The notes beneath the pieces are model-generated. The model had not been told where the DNA came from. It worked only from the letters and a program-made list of their open reading frames with translations, and did no database searches. A DNA stretch of 64,000 bases, counting the filler, from Stramenopiles sp. TOSAG23-6 (Eukaryota): NCBI GenBank assembly GCA_900128565.1. It is 21 parts of 21 records of this genome, joined end to end, with 100 filler letters (N's around TTAATTAATTAA, not from the genome) between each part and the next. Parts side by side here need not be neighbours in the genome. Positions count along the whole stretch, not along the records: positions 24,621 to 27,593 come from LT637723.1; positions 27,694 to 30,665 come from LT637724.1; positions 30,766 to 33,732 come from LT637725.1; positions 33,833 to 36,799 come from LT637726.1; 17 more parts are not named here. One strand, 5' to 3'. A program made the position numbers and the translations under genes. How positions within the stretch are numbered: the first letter of the stretch is position 1; each line of letters begins with the position of its first letter. Shown in pieces: positions 24,683 to 36,899 of the stretch.

Positions 24683-25561
24683 ACAGTTCCCTTGGTGTTT
24701 TCTTCACACACCAAACGTTTTGAAACCAAGGTAATTTTAACTTTGACACTTCATGATTTGGAATTAAATTTTGAATGACAGTGCATGTGATAAGAAGACC
24801 ACCCTCAACGATAGATGGGTCTAAATATAAGACGAGCTCAGGTATTTTATTTTTTGTATCAACGACAATTACTGACGATGCACCAGGAAATGGTGATTCG
24901 GTTAGAAGATCTCGATTTATTTTTAAATCAGGTGCCATTTGTTATAAGTAATTATTTCAAATGTTATGTTGTTAGCTATGTTATATGATTTACATTTTGT
25001 AGAAGGGATTACAAAAATGCAAAAAGAAAACAAAATACAAAACGTTGACAATTTGAATTCACAAAAAAAGGTTAGATTTAAAAAAAATAAACCGTTGAAA
25101 AAATTCACGAAAACGTACATCCCCCATACGAAATCATCCACTCCCCATAGCTCACAACCATGGCGCATTACATAGAAAACATCATCGAAACCATGATCAA
25201 AACCAAGCCTAACAACCATGTTGGGTTTGCCTAGCTTGAGAATGTCTCTTTCTATTTCTTTAGTTGTACGAAATGCATTGATAAACGTTAGAAGTGGTCT
25301 TCCTCCTTCTTTTTTAGGTGGTACAACTACAATAGTCATCGTTCGCATCTTTGCCTTCCATTTTGAAATACGATGTAAACTTTCTACGTAGTATAAATTA
25401 TCTAGTACCTTTATAAGAGGTCCACACGGATTCGGTTCTGAGAAACCGTGCGGGGCTAAATTTGTATCACCATAATGGTTTTGCGTTTTATTCCAAGTAG
25501 AGCGAGTATAACGCTTCGGGTGTTTTTCCTCTGCTGGGGATATAATGTCACTCATTTCCAT
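24683..25561 (-). CDS. Putative metallo-beta-lactamase-fold (DUF4336-like) protein; intron ~24937-25118
   Basis: RTMTIV, LT.INA.R, LG.P..VVRLG..HG.DD.FY, PE.VL, GGLLITC..IQN; family assignment from memory. Confidence 0.5.
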
Positions 25562-25955
25562 TGGTATATTGTTAATTGGATTACTATTTGATGATGTTTT
25601 TTATCATGTACGTAATTTTTGTTTTTTCGATTTTTTCAAAAGGAGCGCCGTCAAAAAACTCGCGATTCGAATTCGAATTCGAATTCGAAGCCGAAAACGT
25701 CGGTTGAGTTTTTGCTTTTTGCAAAATAGCCGTTAAAATTGAAGCAAGAGCCTTCCATCGAGCCTCCGTACTAATTAAGTACGAAATAAGGTCGGTTACT
25801 TTTTCTGCTTCTTTTCCTTAAAAAAGTGTTCGTCTTTCTTGTTAAGTATATATATTTTACAAACAAACTTTACATTCTTTGTAAGTTGTTTGCTATATCT
25901 TGAATAAGAAACAAGGACACAAAAACACAAAACCAACGAGACAAACTATTTTACA

Positions 25956-27461
25956 ATGAAAATAACATGTGTATTGTACATTTGTTTGATGCTTTTTAAC
26001 ACTACAAGTGTTGTATATGCCATTGCCTTGGGAAAAGTAGGAGGACCTAGAGGACGAGGAAAAAGCAAGAGCACAAGGAAGAGAAAAGCAGAACAAAGGA
26101 AAAATGGTAGACGCCGGGACAATCGCAGAGCAGAACGAGCAGCAAAAAACGAAGCAAAAGCAGCAAAAGACGAAGCAGCAGAAGCAGAAGAAGCAGCAAA
26201 AGCAGCAAAAGACGAAGCAGCAGAAGCAGCAAAAGCAGCACACCGATTGAAGATGGAGAGAGTTAGAGGTGAAATTCACGCAAAAGCATTAAAAGCAGCA
26301 GCAGAAGAAGGATTAGACGGATCCGAATGTAAGGATCAATACGGAAACACTGGTCTAGTATATAAAAATTGTAATACCAAACCAGGAAAATATTCCTTCG
26401 TGGCAAAATGGAAAAAACCACCTCGTTGTACCTTCTGTTCACAAACTCGCAAGGAACTCTATTTCTCTGAATATCCAAACGTTAAAAGGGTAAACAACAG
26501 AAACCCCTCAACATTGGAAACACTGCTCGATGGTATATTTTCATTATGAAATATGAATTTCAAATTTATTGTTTTTTTTTTGGTTTTCGTACGAAATTTT
26601 GTACCTAACAAATTTCGAATTTAATTTTTTGTACAATACATGTGTACACCATTGGAGTATTAGTTTCGCAAGTGAGATTCAATCAGACGTGATTCCTTTA
26701 CAGGATAATATTAGTGCACTTGTCGAAGAACTACAAAAACGACAATTTACTGATACAAAAAAATTACAACTACAATGGAAATATCTTTCTAAAGGTATTA
26801 AAAAACTTGAAAAAATGTACACTGACAAATGTATGTTTAATTTTAAAAATTTAATTTTAAAAATTTAATTTTTTTTTTATAGTAAATTTTGTACCTAACA
26901 AAAAAAAATTTACTAAAAAAAAAATATATATTTTCCTACAATACATGTCCAAAGAATGAAAATGGTTCATATTCATTTGTACCAAATCATATATTAGATG
27001 AAATTTCTACTGAGTATAAAGCGTTGATTCCAACTGCAATTCGCTGTGCAAAGGAAGAAATTTTACAATTATCTTTCAAAAGTGAAAATAATGAAAATAA
27101 TGAAAATAATGACAACAAAGAAACAAAGAATTTATTTGAAGATTTACAAGAAGAGTGTTGGGAATTGAGATCTGAAATAGAAATGAAAAATACAAAATTA
27201 AAAAATATACAAGTAAAATATGAAAAAAATTCTTTAAAACTAAAATTATGTACAGATGGAAATGTCATTTTAAGTCAGAAATTAAAATCTGCCCATGAGC
27301 AAATTCAATCCTTACAAAATGAATTAAAACTTTCACAAAATACATTATTAAAAGAAGTCAAAGAGGCACCTGGAAGTCACACACAGATTATTAATAGCAT
27401 GAGGCGGCAAATACGTGAAAGAATGAAATTAACAAAGCCACCAGAACAGGATGTTAGAATT
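25956..27461 (+). CDS. Hypothetical protein (signal-like start, EAAKAAK repeats, coiled coil); introns 26533-26641, 26831-26946
   Basis: Three ORFs join in frame at family GT..AT boundaries; whether the 5' part truly belongs to the same gene is uncertain. Confidence 0.45.
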
Positions 27462-27483
27462 GTATATGATTACTATGAATTTA

Positions 27484-27526
<43 letters not shown>

Positions 27527-27764
27527 TTTTTTCCCTAAAAATTTTTTTTTTTTTTTTTACTAACCAAAAAAAAAAAAATTTTGAAATATTTTTNNNNNNN
27601 NNNNNNNNNNNNNNNNNNNNNNNNNNNNNNNNNNNNNTTAATTAATTAANNNNNNNNNNNNNNNNNNNNNNNNNNNNNNNNNNNNNNNNNNNNTTTTTTC
27701 GTACGAAATTTTGTACCTAACAATTTTTTTAGATTTTTTTTTGAAATATTTTTCCAAAATACAT

Positions 27765-29073
27765 ATTCAAAAAGTATTATTCAATTTCAGTTATTTTGTA
27801 TTGGTTGTGGTTTTTGTACAGTTTTGTGTTTATTATTATCAAGAATACTTTTATCATATACATTTTCTAGTGATAATATTCTTGAAAGAAATGGACAATT
27901 TAGATTAAATGAATATTCTACAAATACATCAAATAGTTTGACTAAAAATACAACATCTTGTGGTTGTTTGTCTTTTCTTGTATCTAATAATAATAATGAA
28001 ACAAAATATTCTACTTCTAGTAGTAGTAGTAGTAGTAGTAGTACTGTAAAAAATCAACAAAATCAACAAAATCAACAAAAACAACAAAATTATTTGTCTA
28101 ATAATAATGAAACAAAATATACTATTGTAAAAAAACAAGAAAATAGTAATAGTATACAAAAATGGTATAATTGGTTTATGTCACATATGTCAATATTTAT
28201 TTATTTATTACAAAACAAAACATTCATGTACGTTTTTCAAATTAAATTTTTATTTTTTTTTCATACGAAATTTTGTACCTAACGATTTTTTTTCTTTAAA
28301 AAAAAATATTTTTTCACAATGTATGACTTTTACAGCAATGAAATTTTTCCAAGAATTAAACTGTTTATTATTTTGGACGTTTACTTCAAATTTCTGCTCT
28401 ATTTTATTCGGTCCTACACAAGAACAAATACAAAATCAAAATAATAATAATTTATTTTCTTTCAAAAATATCAAAAATATCAAAAATATTAATACTGAAA
28501 ATAATAATAATAATTTATTTTCCTCAAAAAGTGTTGGAATCATTATTGGTATATCTTCATGTATGTTTCTTTTTTTCAATTTCAAATTTATTTATTTTTC
28601 GTACGAAATTTCATACCTAACGATATTTTTTTGTGATTTCGTGTTTTTTCACAATACATGTATGCCAATGGTAATGACGTATTATACTGTACAACGAATT
28701 GCAGTGTTGGGTTCACATGAAATTGTCAAAAGATTACTACAATTTCGTATACTTATTATTATGTATGTGTTATTTTTTTTTTTTTTTTTTTTAATTTTTT
28801 TGAATTTTTTTTTTGTACGAAATTTNNNNNNNNNNNNNNNNNNNNNNNNNNNNNNNNNNNNNNNNNNNNNNNNNNNNNNNNNNNNNNNNNNNNNNNNNNN
28901 NNNNNNNNNNNNNNNNNNNNNNNNNNNNNNNNNNNNNNNNNNNNNNNNNNNNNNNNNNNNNNNNNNNNNNNNNNNNNNNNNNNNNNNNNNNNNNNNNNNN
29001 NNNNNNNNNNNNNNNNNNNNNNNNNNNNNNNNNNNNNNNNNNNNNNNNNNNNNNNNNNNNNNNNNNNNNNNNN

Positions 29074-29104
<31 letters not shown>

Positions 29105-29753
29105 GGAAAAAAAATTTCAAATTTAACAAATTTTTTTACTAAAAAAATATTTCTTCACAATACATATCATACTTGCAAGAGCATTGGGAGCAGCTACGTG
29201 TCATATAGCAACACATGTAATATTACCTACCATTGCTGAAGATTGTCAATTTGATGAAAAACAAGAAAATAGTAGTAAAACAAATCAAAATTTAAAAATA
29301 AAACAACAAAAACAAAAAATACAAAAAATACAAAACAAAAATTGTACTACAAAATTGAACATGACACGTGTCAAAGATAATTCAATGGCGACAATTATGG
29401 GATTTTCTCAATTATTAACTCGCCCTGCTCAATCCATTGCTCCTATATTTATTGTATATATTCTTGATATTTCGAAAAAAGGGTTTCTAAACTATCCAAT
29501 AATAACATCATTTAATAGAAATATTCATACAAAAACAAATAGTATGGCGTCATTGTATAGAAATAGTAATATTGGTACAAAAAATCGTACCATTAATATA
29601 AATCAAAGAATACTTCAACAATGTATCATTTTTTGGATTATTGTATTAATACCCGCTTTTGCAGCAATAATTCAATTATGGTTTTGGAGTGGATTAACAA
29701 AAACGTATAAGAAAAAGAAAAAGAAATTAGATGAGACAAAAAAAATACAATAA
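27765..29753 (+). CDS. MFS transporter, TMEM180/MFSD13A-like, C-terminal part; introns 28228-28324, 28561-28659, 28763-gap-29165
   Basis: LLQNKTFMTFTAMKFFQEL and SMATIMGFSQLLTRPAQSIAPIF resemble TMEM180 segments. Confidence 0.6.
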
Positions 29754-29966
29754 AAAAATTATGAATTTCAAATTTAAATTTTGTTTTTGTTTCATAAATT
29801 TACAAATTCGAATGTTCATTTGATTTAGGTTGGAAAAAACGGGAAAAAACGAGTGGTCAAGAATTGAAGAATGAACACGAGTCAGACACACTTGTGGCTG
29901 TACACACACTTTCTATCCACTCGTTATTGGAATCATTATAATAATATATAATACCGTTTACCAATA

Positions 29967-30665
29967 ATGTCAGAGGAACAACAAACTCAAAATAAAAACG
30001 ATATAGAAGCATTGCAGTTCAAATGTTTTCAAGCAACCAAGCCGGAAGAAATCATTAGACTCACTACAGAAATGGTAGAGTTGGTTACACAATCTGATTC
30101 ATGCATCCTTCAAATGTCTCGTCTAAACAAGTTGAAATTACTTTTTGTATTTGGAGGTATTTATACTAAAGAAGTTGAATCTGCTTTGAGTATGCTACAA
30201 AATGTATGTAAAGAGAAACATGACAAATCATACAAAGAAGTTTCAAAAATAAAGCAAATGAGGAAAGTTAATGAAGAATCTGTTGTTGTTTTAGAAGATG
30301 AGATTGAAGAAGACATTGAAATAGCAAAGGCTGCATTTGAACAGGCAAAGAGGAAATTACCAGCAGCAAAGAAAGAATTTGAAGCTGCAAAGAAACGATT
30401 TGAAGCTGCAAAAACTAATTTGGATAAGAAAGAGAGTGCAATTTCAGAAACTAAGAAGAAATATGTCGAAGCTATTAAATCGCAAAAGAAGATTGATCGT
30501 TTGAATGGTTTTAAAAAGTTGACAAAATCATTTAAAGAAGAGGAGACAAAACTATCTTCTGGATTGGATCCAATGGATGATATTGTTGATGAAAATGTAC
30601 CACCTGCAGTATCAAATAGTAGTTGTAATAGTAGTAGTAGTGGAAAAAAACGAAAATCAAGTTCA
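29967..30665 (+). CDS. Coiled-coil protein, paralogue of 41338-42924 lacking the U-box (3' truncated)
   Basis: Shared DIEAL..KCFQA, M.ELVTQSD.CILQ.SRLNKLK, KSFKEEETKL, KKRKSSS. Confidence 0.8.
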
Positions 30666-30824
30666 NNNNNNNNNNNNNNNNNNNNNNNNNNNNNNNNNNN
30701 NNNNNNNNNTTAATTAATTAANNNNNNNNNNNNNNNNNNNNNNNNNNNNNNNNNNNNNNNNNNNNTTTTTCGTACGAAATTTTGTACCTAACAAATTTTA
30801 CAATTTTTTTTTTTCACAATACAT

Positions 30825-31710
30825 GTAAAGTGGAATATCTCTTCTGATTGGCCTATATTTCGACCATCTGCTTCCATTGGTTTTATTGACACTCAATCGT
30901 ATAAAGAATGCAATGGAGTTTTTCTTGCCGGCGATAACTGGCCACTACGTGACGTCCATATTGGTTGCTCAACTCCAAAAATGTGCGTTTTTTCTGTTGT
31001 TTCTTTATTGAATTTTAAAAAAAATTTTAAATTTTATTTTTTTGTTTTTCGAAATTAACGATTTTTTTCAGACAAAAAATATATTTTTAAAGTACAGGGA
31101 AAATCTTAATTCTGAGAATGTGAACATTAGTGTTGTAAAAGGTTCATATTTATATTATCATTATCTCCAAGGAAATGAACGCGACAAGGGTTGGGGTTGT
31201 GCGTATCGGTCTTTACAAACGATTATGTCTTGGTTTCGTGAAAATCATTTTACGAGTTACCCGGTACCGTGTCATATTGATACGCAAAACACATTAGTCG
31301 ATATAGGAGATAAAGAACAATCTTTCATTGGTAGTACAAAATGGATTGGATCCACTGAAATTGGATATTGCTTACACAAATGGATTAATGTAACTTCGAA
31401 ATTTATATTCGTTACCTCAGCGGCTGATTTACCGTCCAAAGCGAGAGAACTCATTGAACACTTTGATACTCATGGAACTCCCTGCATGATCGGTGGAGGC
31501 CAATTAGCTTTTATTTTATTAGGCGTAGCTTTTGATACAGGAACAGGATTTGTTCGTTTTCTCATCCTCGATCCACACTATACAGGTCCGGATGATTTAT
31601 CAATCATTCAAAAGAAAACTGTACGTATGGAAGGGTATAAAGCTATTCCTTGTAGCTGGCGCGGAGAAGACGCTTTTAATAGAAATTCTTCGTATAACAT
31701 TTGCTTATAA
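30825..31710 (+). CDS. UFSP2: Ufm1-specific protease (peptidase C78), C-terminal part; intron 30983-31097 (GT..AG)
   Basis: YYHYLQ, DKGWGCAYRSLQTI.SW, FIGS..WIGS.E, GTPCMIGGG, FLILDPHYTG. Confidence 0.92.
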
Positions 31711-31854
31711 TAAAACAATTGAAAATAAAAAGGTTGAAAAGACAAACAGTTTTTTTGGTTCCATCAAGACAGGAAAGAAGATGGGTGGGATATTACAAAC
31801 TAGTTATTATTATATTCACTACATTTTATTACATCTATAAATCTTCAGCTGAAA

Positions 31855-32112
31855 TTAACGAGCCATATATACTGGTGTCGCCTGGACTGCAACTGGTGTA
31901 GGCTGAGCAACAACGTATTGCGGCTGCGCTTGGGTAACCAAGACTGGCTGTTGCTGTACTACGACTGGCTGTTGCTGATAATGGTGAATGTGCTGTGGGC
32001 GTTGATACGCCATATTACGTTGGTGATTACGTTCTTCTTCAGCAGCGCAACAGCACATACACATACCTAAGCATGCAGTCAAGCAAAGCATATCTCCTAA
32101 TAAATCAGACAT
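31855..32112 (-). CDS. Small Cys-rich membrane-anchored, Gln/Pro/Val-rich protein
   Basis: 85-aa ORF with CLTACLGMCMCCC then QQPVVVQQ repeats. Confidence 0.6.
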   Translation of the reverse strand: MSDLLGDMLCLTACLGMCMCCCAAEEERNHQRNMAYQRPQHIHHYQQQPVVVQQQPVLVTQAQPQYVVAQPTPVAVQATPVYMAR

Positions 32113-32468
32113 TTTGTTTTAGTTTTCTTTGTTTTGAAAGTTAAAAGTTTAAGTGTTTCTGATTGTGAGCTCGCGGAACATCCAAGGAACTGCTTCTGAG
32201 TTCCTCACAGAGGAACTGACTATCTTTTCTTTAGGTACACAAATTTGGTACAAAAGTTAGTGACGAGCCTTGCTGACCGGTGAGAAAAATTTCCATTATG
32301 TTACCGGGTATTTCTATAACACGAAATCTAGACAAAACAACCTTTTTTTTTTTTTTTTTTTTTACTCCGTGTTCATTTGAAAACGATGATGTCTCTCGAC
32401 TCGAAAACTTCTTCGATTTTATTATAAAGTGTAGTTTTAATATCGTCTCCTCTATCCCAATTTACACA

Positions 32469-33690
32469 ATGGGTGTATTATTACAACAGCACGAAGACTC
32501 TAACGATGGCCGAAATACCGATGGTATCAAAAGAACATTATCTGAAAATCCTCCACCTCTGAAGCGGCCTCGTGTTCTTGAACCAGAGACTACTGATAAT
32601 GTTTCCAGCTATAGTCAGACACGTATAGATTTGCCATTACTGCCGGATAGCCACGTAGTTTCCGCAACGTATCAGGCAAATGGTCCAATTGAAGATAAAA
32701 TAACAATATCATCTGATGGTGCATCAGGTACGTCTATATTTGCTGTATTTGATGGACATGGCGGACCTCTTGTTTCAACATTTGCGCGTAATAATTTAGC
32801 ACGTATTATATATGAGAACCTCAACAGCACATCCAGAGTCGGAACCAACCAAATAGATACCGAAAATAATGAAATATCTGCGTCTCCAGTGGACTTGAAA
32901 ACAATGGAAGAAATTCTTCGCGAATCCTTTTTGAAAACTGAGCAAGATTATATAATACATGCAAAAGAGCAACAGCTCAGATTGCGCAGAACTCGTGCTA
33001 ATAATGCGGGGAGTTGTGCATGTATCATTGCGTTACGTGGTGATGACTTATTTGCAATGAATGCTGGAGATAGTCGTGCTATTATGTGCTCAATTCAGGA
33101 AATTTCAAAACAAGATAGTGATGTCAAAAGCGAAGAAGACAATGTAAATGTTATTAATACAACAAAATCAGAAGATATAAAAAATATAAAAGAAACCAAA
33201 GATAAAAAAAATCCTCGACCAGTTCAATTAACAACAGATCATAATTGTTATAATGAAGAAGAAATATTAGCCGTCAAGAAACGGTCAAACGATAGTGATG
33301 CTATTCGACCATCCAGGCAAGATTGTACAGGTTTATTACGTGTTGGTGGTAGTCTCGCAGTGACTCGGTGTTTAGGCGATTTATACTTAAAATTACCAGA
33401 TTTCTCACGTCCTCCGTTTCATGATCATCTTCCATATATCACTGCTGAACCAGAAATAAACCATTACCAATGGTCAGCGAAACAATTTATTGTTGTGGCT
33501 TCTGATGGTCTATGGGATGAATTGACTAATGAAGATGTCCAAAATTTGGTGAATGATTTTTTAAGAAAGAATGATGGAGCCCCGAAGGATTGCATTGGAG
33601 TCACAGTAGCTGATATGCTCATTCTTGAGGTATTAAAAAAAGTTGCCACTCGACATGATTTAACAGTTGAACAATTAAAACGAAAAAAAC
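32469..33690 (+). CDS. PP2C-family protein phosphatase (3' truncated)
   Basis: ANGPIED, FAVFDGHGG, NAGDSRA, QLTTDHN, GSLAVTR.LGD, ASDGLWD. Confidence 0.95.
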
Positions 33691-33906
33691 AATTAAAACA
33701 AAATTTTTTACCAAAAAAAAAAAAAAAAAAAANNNNNNNNNNNNNNNNNNNNNNNNNNNNNNNNNNNNNNNNNNNNTTAATTAATTAANNNNNNNNNNNN
33801 NNNNNNNNNNNNNNNNNNNNNNNNNNNNNNNNAAAAAAATTTTTAGTTAAAAAATTTTTTTACAAAAAAAAAAAAAAAATTCATACAAAAAAAAAATTAA
33901 AACATC

Positions 33907-36742
33907 CACTGCGTAATAAAGATCCTAACAATTTCCAATCAATGACGAGACACTTTGACCATTTATATATCAACCGACCAATTATTTTCGTATTTTCTTT
34001 AATTTGTTTTGATTTCGTGTCAGTTTTTTTACCTTCATACCATACAATACTAATTAAATGGTTTACAAACTTTGTTATTAAATGTGTACAAGAAACTATT
34101 TCTTTCTCCATAGGTACGCAGTGTTTCCAATTACCTAATATAATACAAACATCGCTAATAAAATAATGAAATTCCCGATTCATTCCACAAGATTCTTCTA
34201 CATCAAGCAATAATCGAAGGCAAGGTAATAACCACATGTAATTTGGAAGAATATTTCAAAAAACAATTATTTTTTTGTTCAATTCAAAAAATTCAAAAAA
34301 ATTGTTTCGTAAAAAATAAATTTGAAATTGATGAGGAAACGTACAAACCTGCCCAAGGAGCAAATACTTCTGAACGATTCATTACAATGTTACAAATTAG
34401 AATTCTGGCATTTAATTTTGCAGTTTTATCGTTTAATCGAACATGTAAAAATCTCATCCACTCTGGCATTGGCGGAGGTTCAAATGTCTCATTTTTACTT
34501 TCATCAAAATCATCATATGTCGAAAGTCCCCAAGTTTTGTGAAAAAGTATTTTTAATTAAAAATATCGTCAGGTACAATTTTAGGGTTTTTAGGGTGTTT
34601 AGGGTGTTTAGGGTGTTTAGGGTTTTCATGCAAAAACAAATGTAGATAAAAAACATTCAATTTTGAAAACGTACAATTTTTCCGAAACGTCTTATTCATT
34701 TTATCAATGACACAAAGTAATGGAATTGTGCATGGATGAAGGTTCACTTCGTCCAATACAAAATTACTATTCACCCCAGCGCTCAATAAGCCATCAGTAT
34801 CTTCATCATTGTTTTCATTCATTTCATTTTCAATTTCATTATCACAAATAATATCATTCTCATCGGTGTCTTCAATACTATCGTCAAATTCTTCTTCATC
34901 GTATTCTTTTTGCGAAGTCAATTGTGAAGTCGATTGAGAAAATCCAACACCTGACAGATTTTGGCTGATACTGCTTCCATTGAGATACTGAGATGACAGA
35001 ACTTTTAAATCTGAATTGTTTTGAGATAATGAATTTAACTCAGGCCTACGAAAAGATGATAATTGTCTATGTGTTGCTCTTTTCCAATCAATACTTTGAA
35101 ACTTTGGATTTGACGTGAAGGAATACATGAATAGTAAAAAAATATTTCATTTTTTTTCGTTTTTTTTGTTAGGTACAAAATTCACTACGAAAAATTTAAA
35201 AAAAATGAATTTTGAAAATGTACGTCTCGCCTTTCTTTGCAATATTGTTCCAAAGAAATTCATTTTTGTTTGGTGATTCTTTAAAAATTAAACCCCTATA
35301 ATACTTTTCTTCACTTTGTGTACTGGAAATCACCTGAATTAAACAGTTCAATGCAGCACAACAATATTGTTGAAAATATTCAGATGTTGTACTCGTAGAT
35401 GAAATGGCTGCCAAACGTGAATAACGGGACACGTGAGTTGTAAATTCATTATATTTTTTTTTACCTTTCTTTTCGTTTTCATATTTTTCAGCTGTTTCTT
35501 TATTCAAACCAAGAAAAGAAAAATTGATCTTTTTTTTAATATCATTTTGTTTTAATCGAAGTATCACAAAAAGCAATTCTAAAATACGAAACGCACCTAT
35601 TCGAAGTACAAATTGAGACTCTTGTATTTCATCATTTTTTCTAAATTTTATAGATGCAGCTAAGTATCCTATTATTGATTTTTCCTTTCCCATAAAACGA
35701 CTAATAGTCAGAAAGGGTACATCCAATCGAAAAGGATTCGTTGTCATAATTTCTAACACTTGATTTTTTTCAAATTGTTTTAACATTGGAATACAAATAT
35801 GTTCAATCATTCGAAGTCGTACCACGGACGATTTTGACGAATCAACAAAAATAGAAAAACACCAGAGCCACAAAGTTCTCGAATTCCAATGAGGAAAAGT
35901 CAAAGGAGCAGTAGCAATTGATAAAAGTGTCGACTCAATAAGTGAAATATATTTGTGATTTTTTTCACTCATTGAAGGAATTAATAATTGTAATACAGCA
36001 ATGGCACCAGTATTTTGTAAAAGTTGAAGTACAGCCTCCAATATCAACTGAAAATCTCGAGATTCTGAGGAATTTATATTCAAAGACGTTGATATTATAG
36101 GGAATGTGTTTACAATTACATTTTGTAGCGCATTATGAATGATATCAACAGGTGAAGCAGTCTGCATTGTTAATGAGTTCTTAGATAGGATTGTACCTTG
36201 AATAAATCCAGGATAAAAAAATGGTAGAATTCGTGATATTGTCAATACTTTTACACGAATAGGCGAATTTATGTGTAGAAATTGTGCAATACATATTTGT
36301 ATAAATTTGTTATTTCGAAGTATATCTACAGTGACACTCCCAAGCAATAAAAGACTATGAATAATTTCTACAAACCACATCAAATGTATTTTGGAAAAAT
36401 ATTTGAAAAAAAAAAACTTAAATTTGTTAGGTACAAAATTTTTATAAAAAAAATATTGGATTTGAAAAAAAATAAAACATACATTATTCGCATTGTCTTT
36501 TACGAACTTACCAGGTAACCAAGAGGAGAATATACTAAGATTTTGTAGTAAGTCATCAACAAAATTTCGAGTAGATATACTCTCTGTACATCTTACATTA
36601 TTCGTGACATTCGGTTTTATAGAGTTACTGTTGGGGTTAGATTCATTAGATGTATTATTATTGTTTGTAGCATTATTATCCTCAGATGTTACCAAACAAT
36701 TGTTAGACATAGTTGATACAATAAATGATAATAAAGCCATAC
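33907..36742 (-). CDS. PRKDC: DNA-dependent protein kinase catalytic subunit, internal fragment; introns 36384-36482, 35127-35223, 34532-34674, 34236-34344
   Basis: CAALNCLI, YYRGLIFKE.P.KNE.LW.NI, LDEVNLHPC, PEWMRFLH, N.SEVFAPWA..WL.P, FHYFISDV...L.NW match DNA-PKcs. Confidence 0.85.
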
Positions 36743-36899
36743 ACGTATTGTGAAAAAATATTTCAAAAAAAAAAAAAAATTGTTAGGTACAAAATTTCGN
36801 NNNNNNNNNNNNNNNNNNNNNNNNNNNNNNNNNNNNNNNNNNNTTAATTAATTAANNNNNNNNNNNNNNNNNNNNNNNNNNNNNNNNNNNNNNNNNNNN

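Noticed and set aside
32231-32256. Isolated core motif between the small Cys-rich gene and PP2C as an intergenic element copy
   Set aside because: Only the core is recognisable and it could be a 5' UTR intron of the minus-strand gene; not enough to call.
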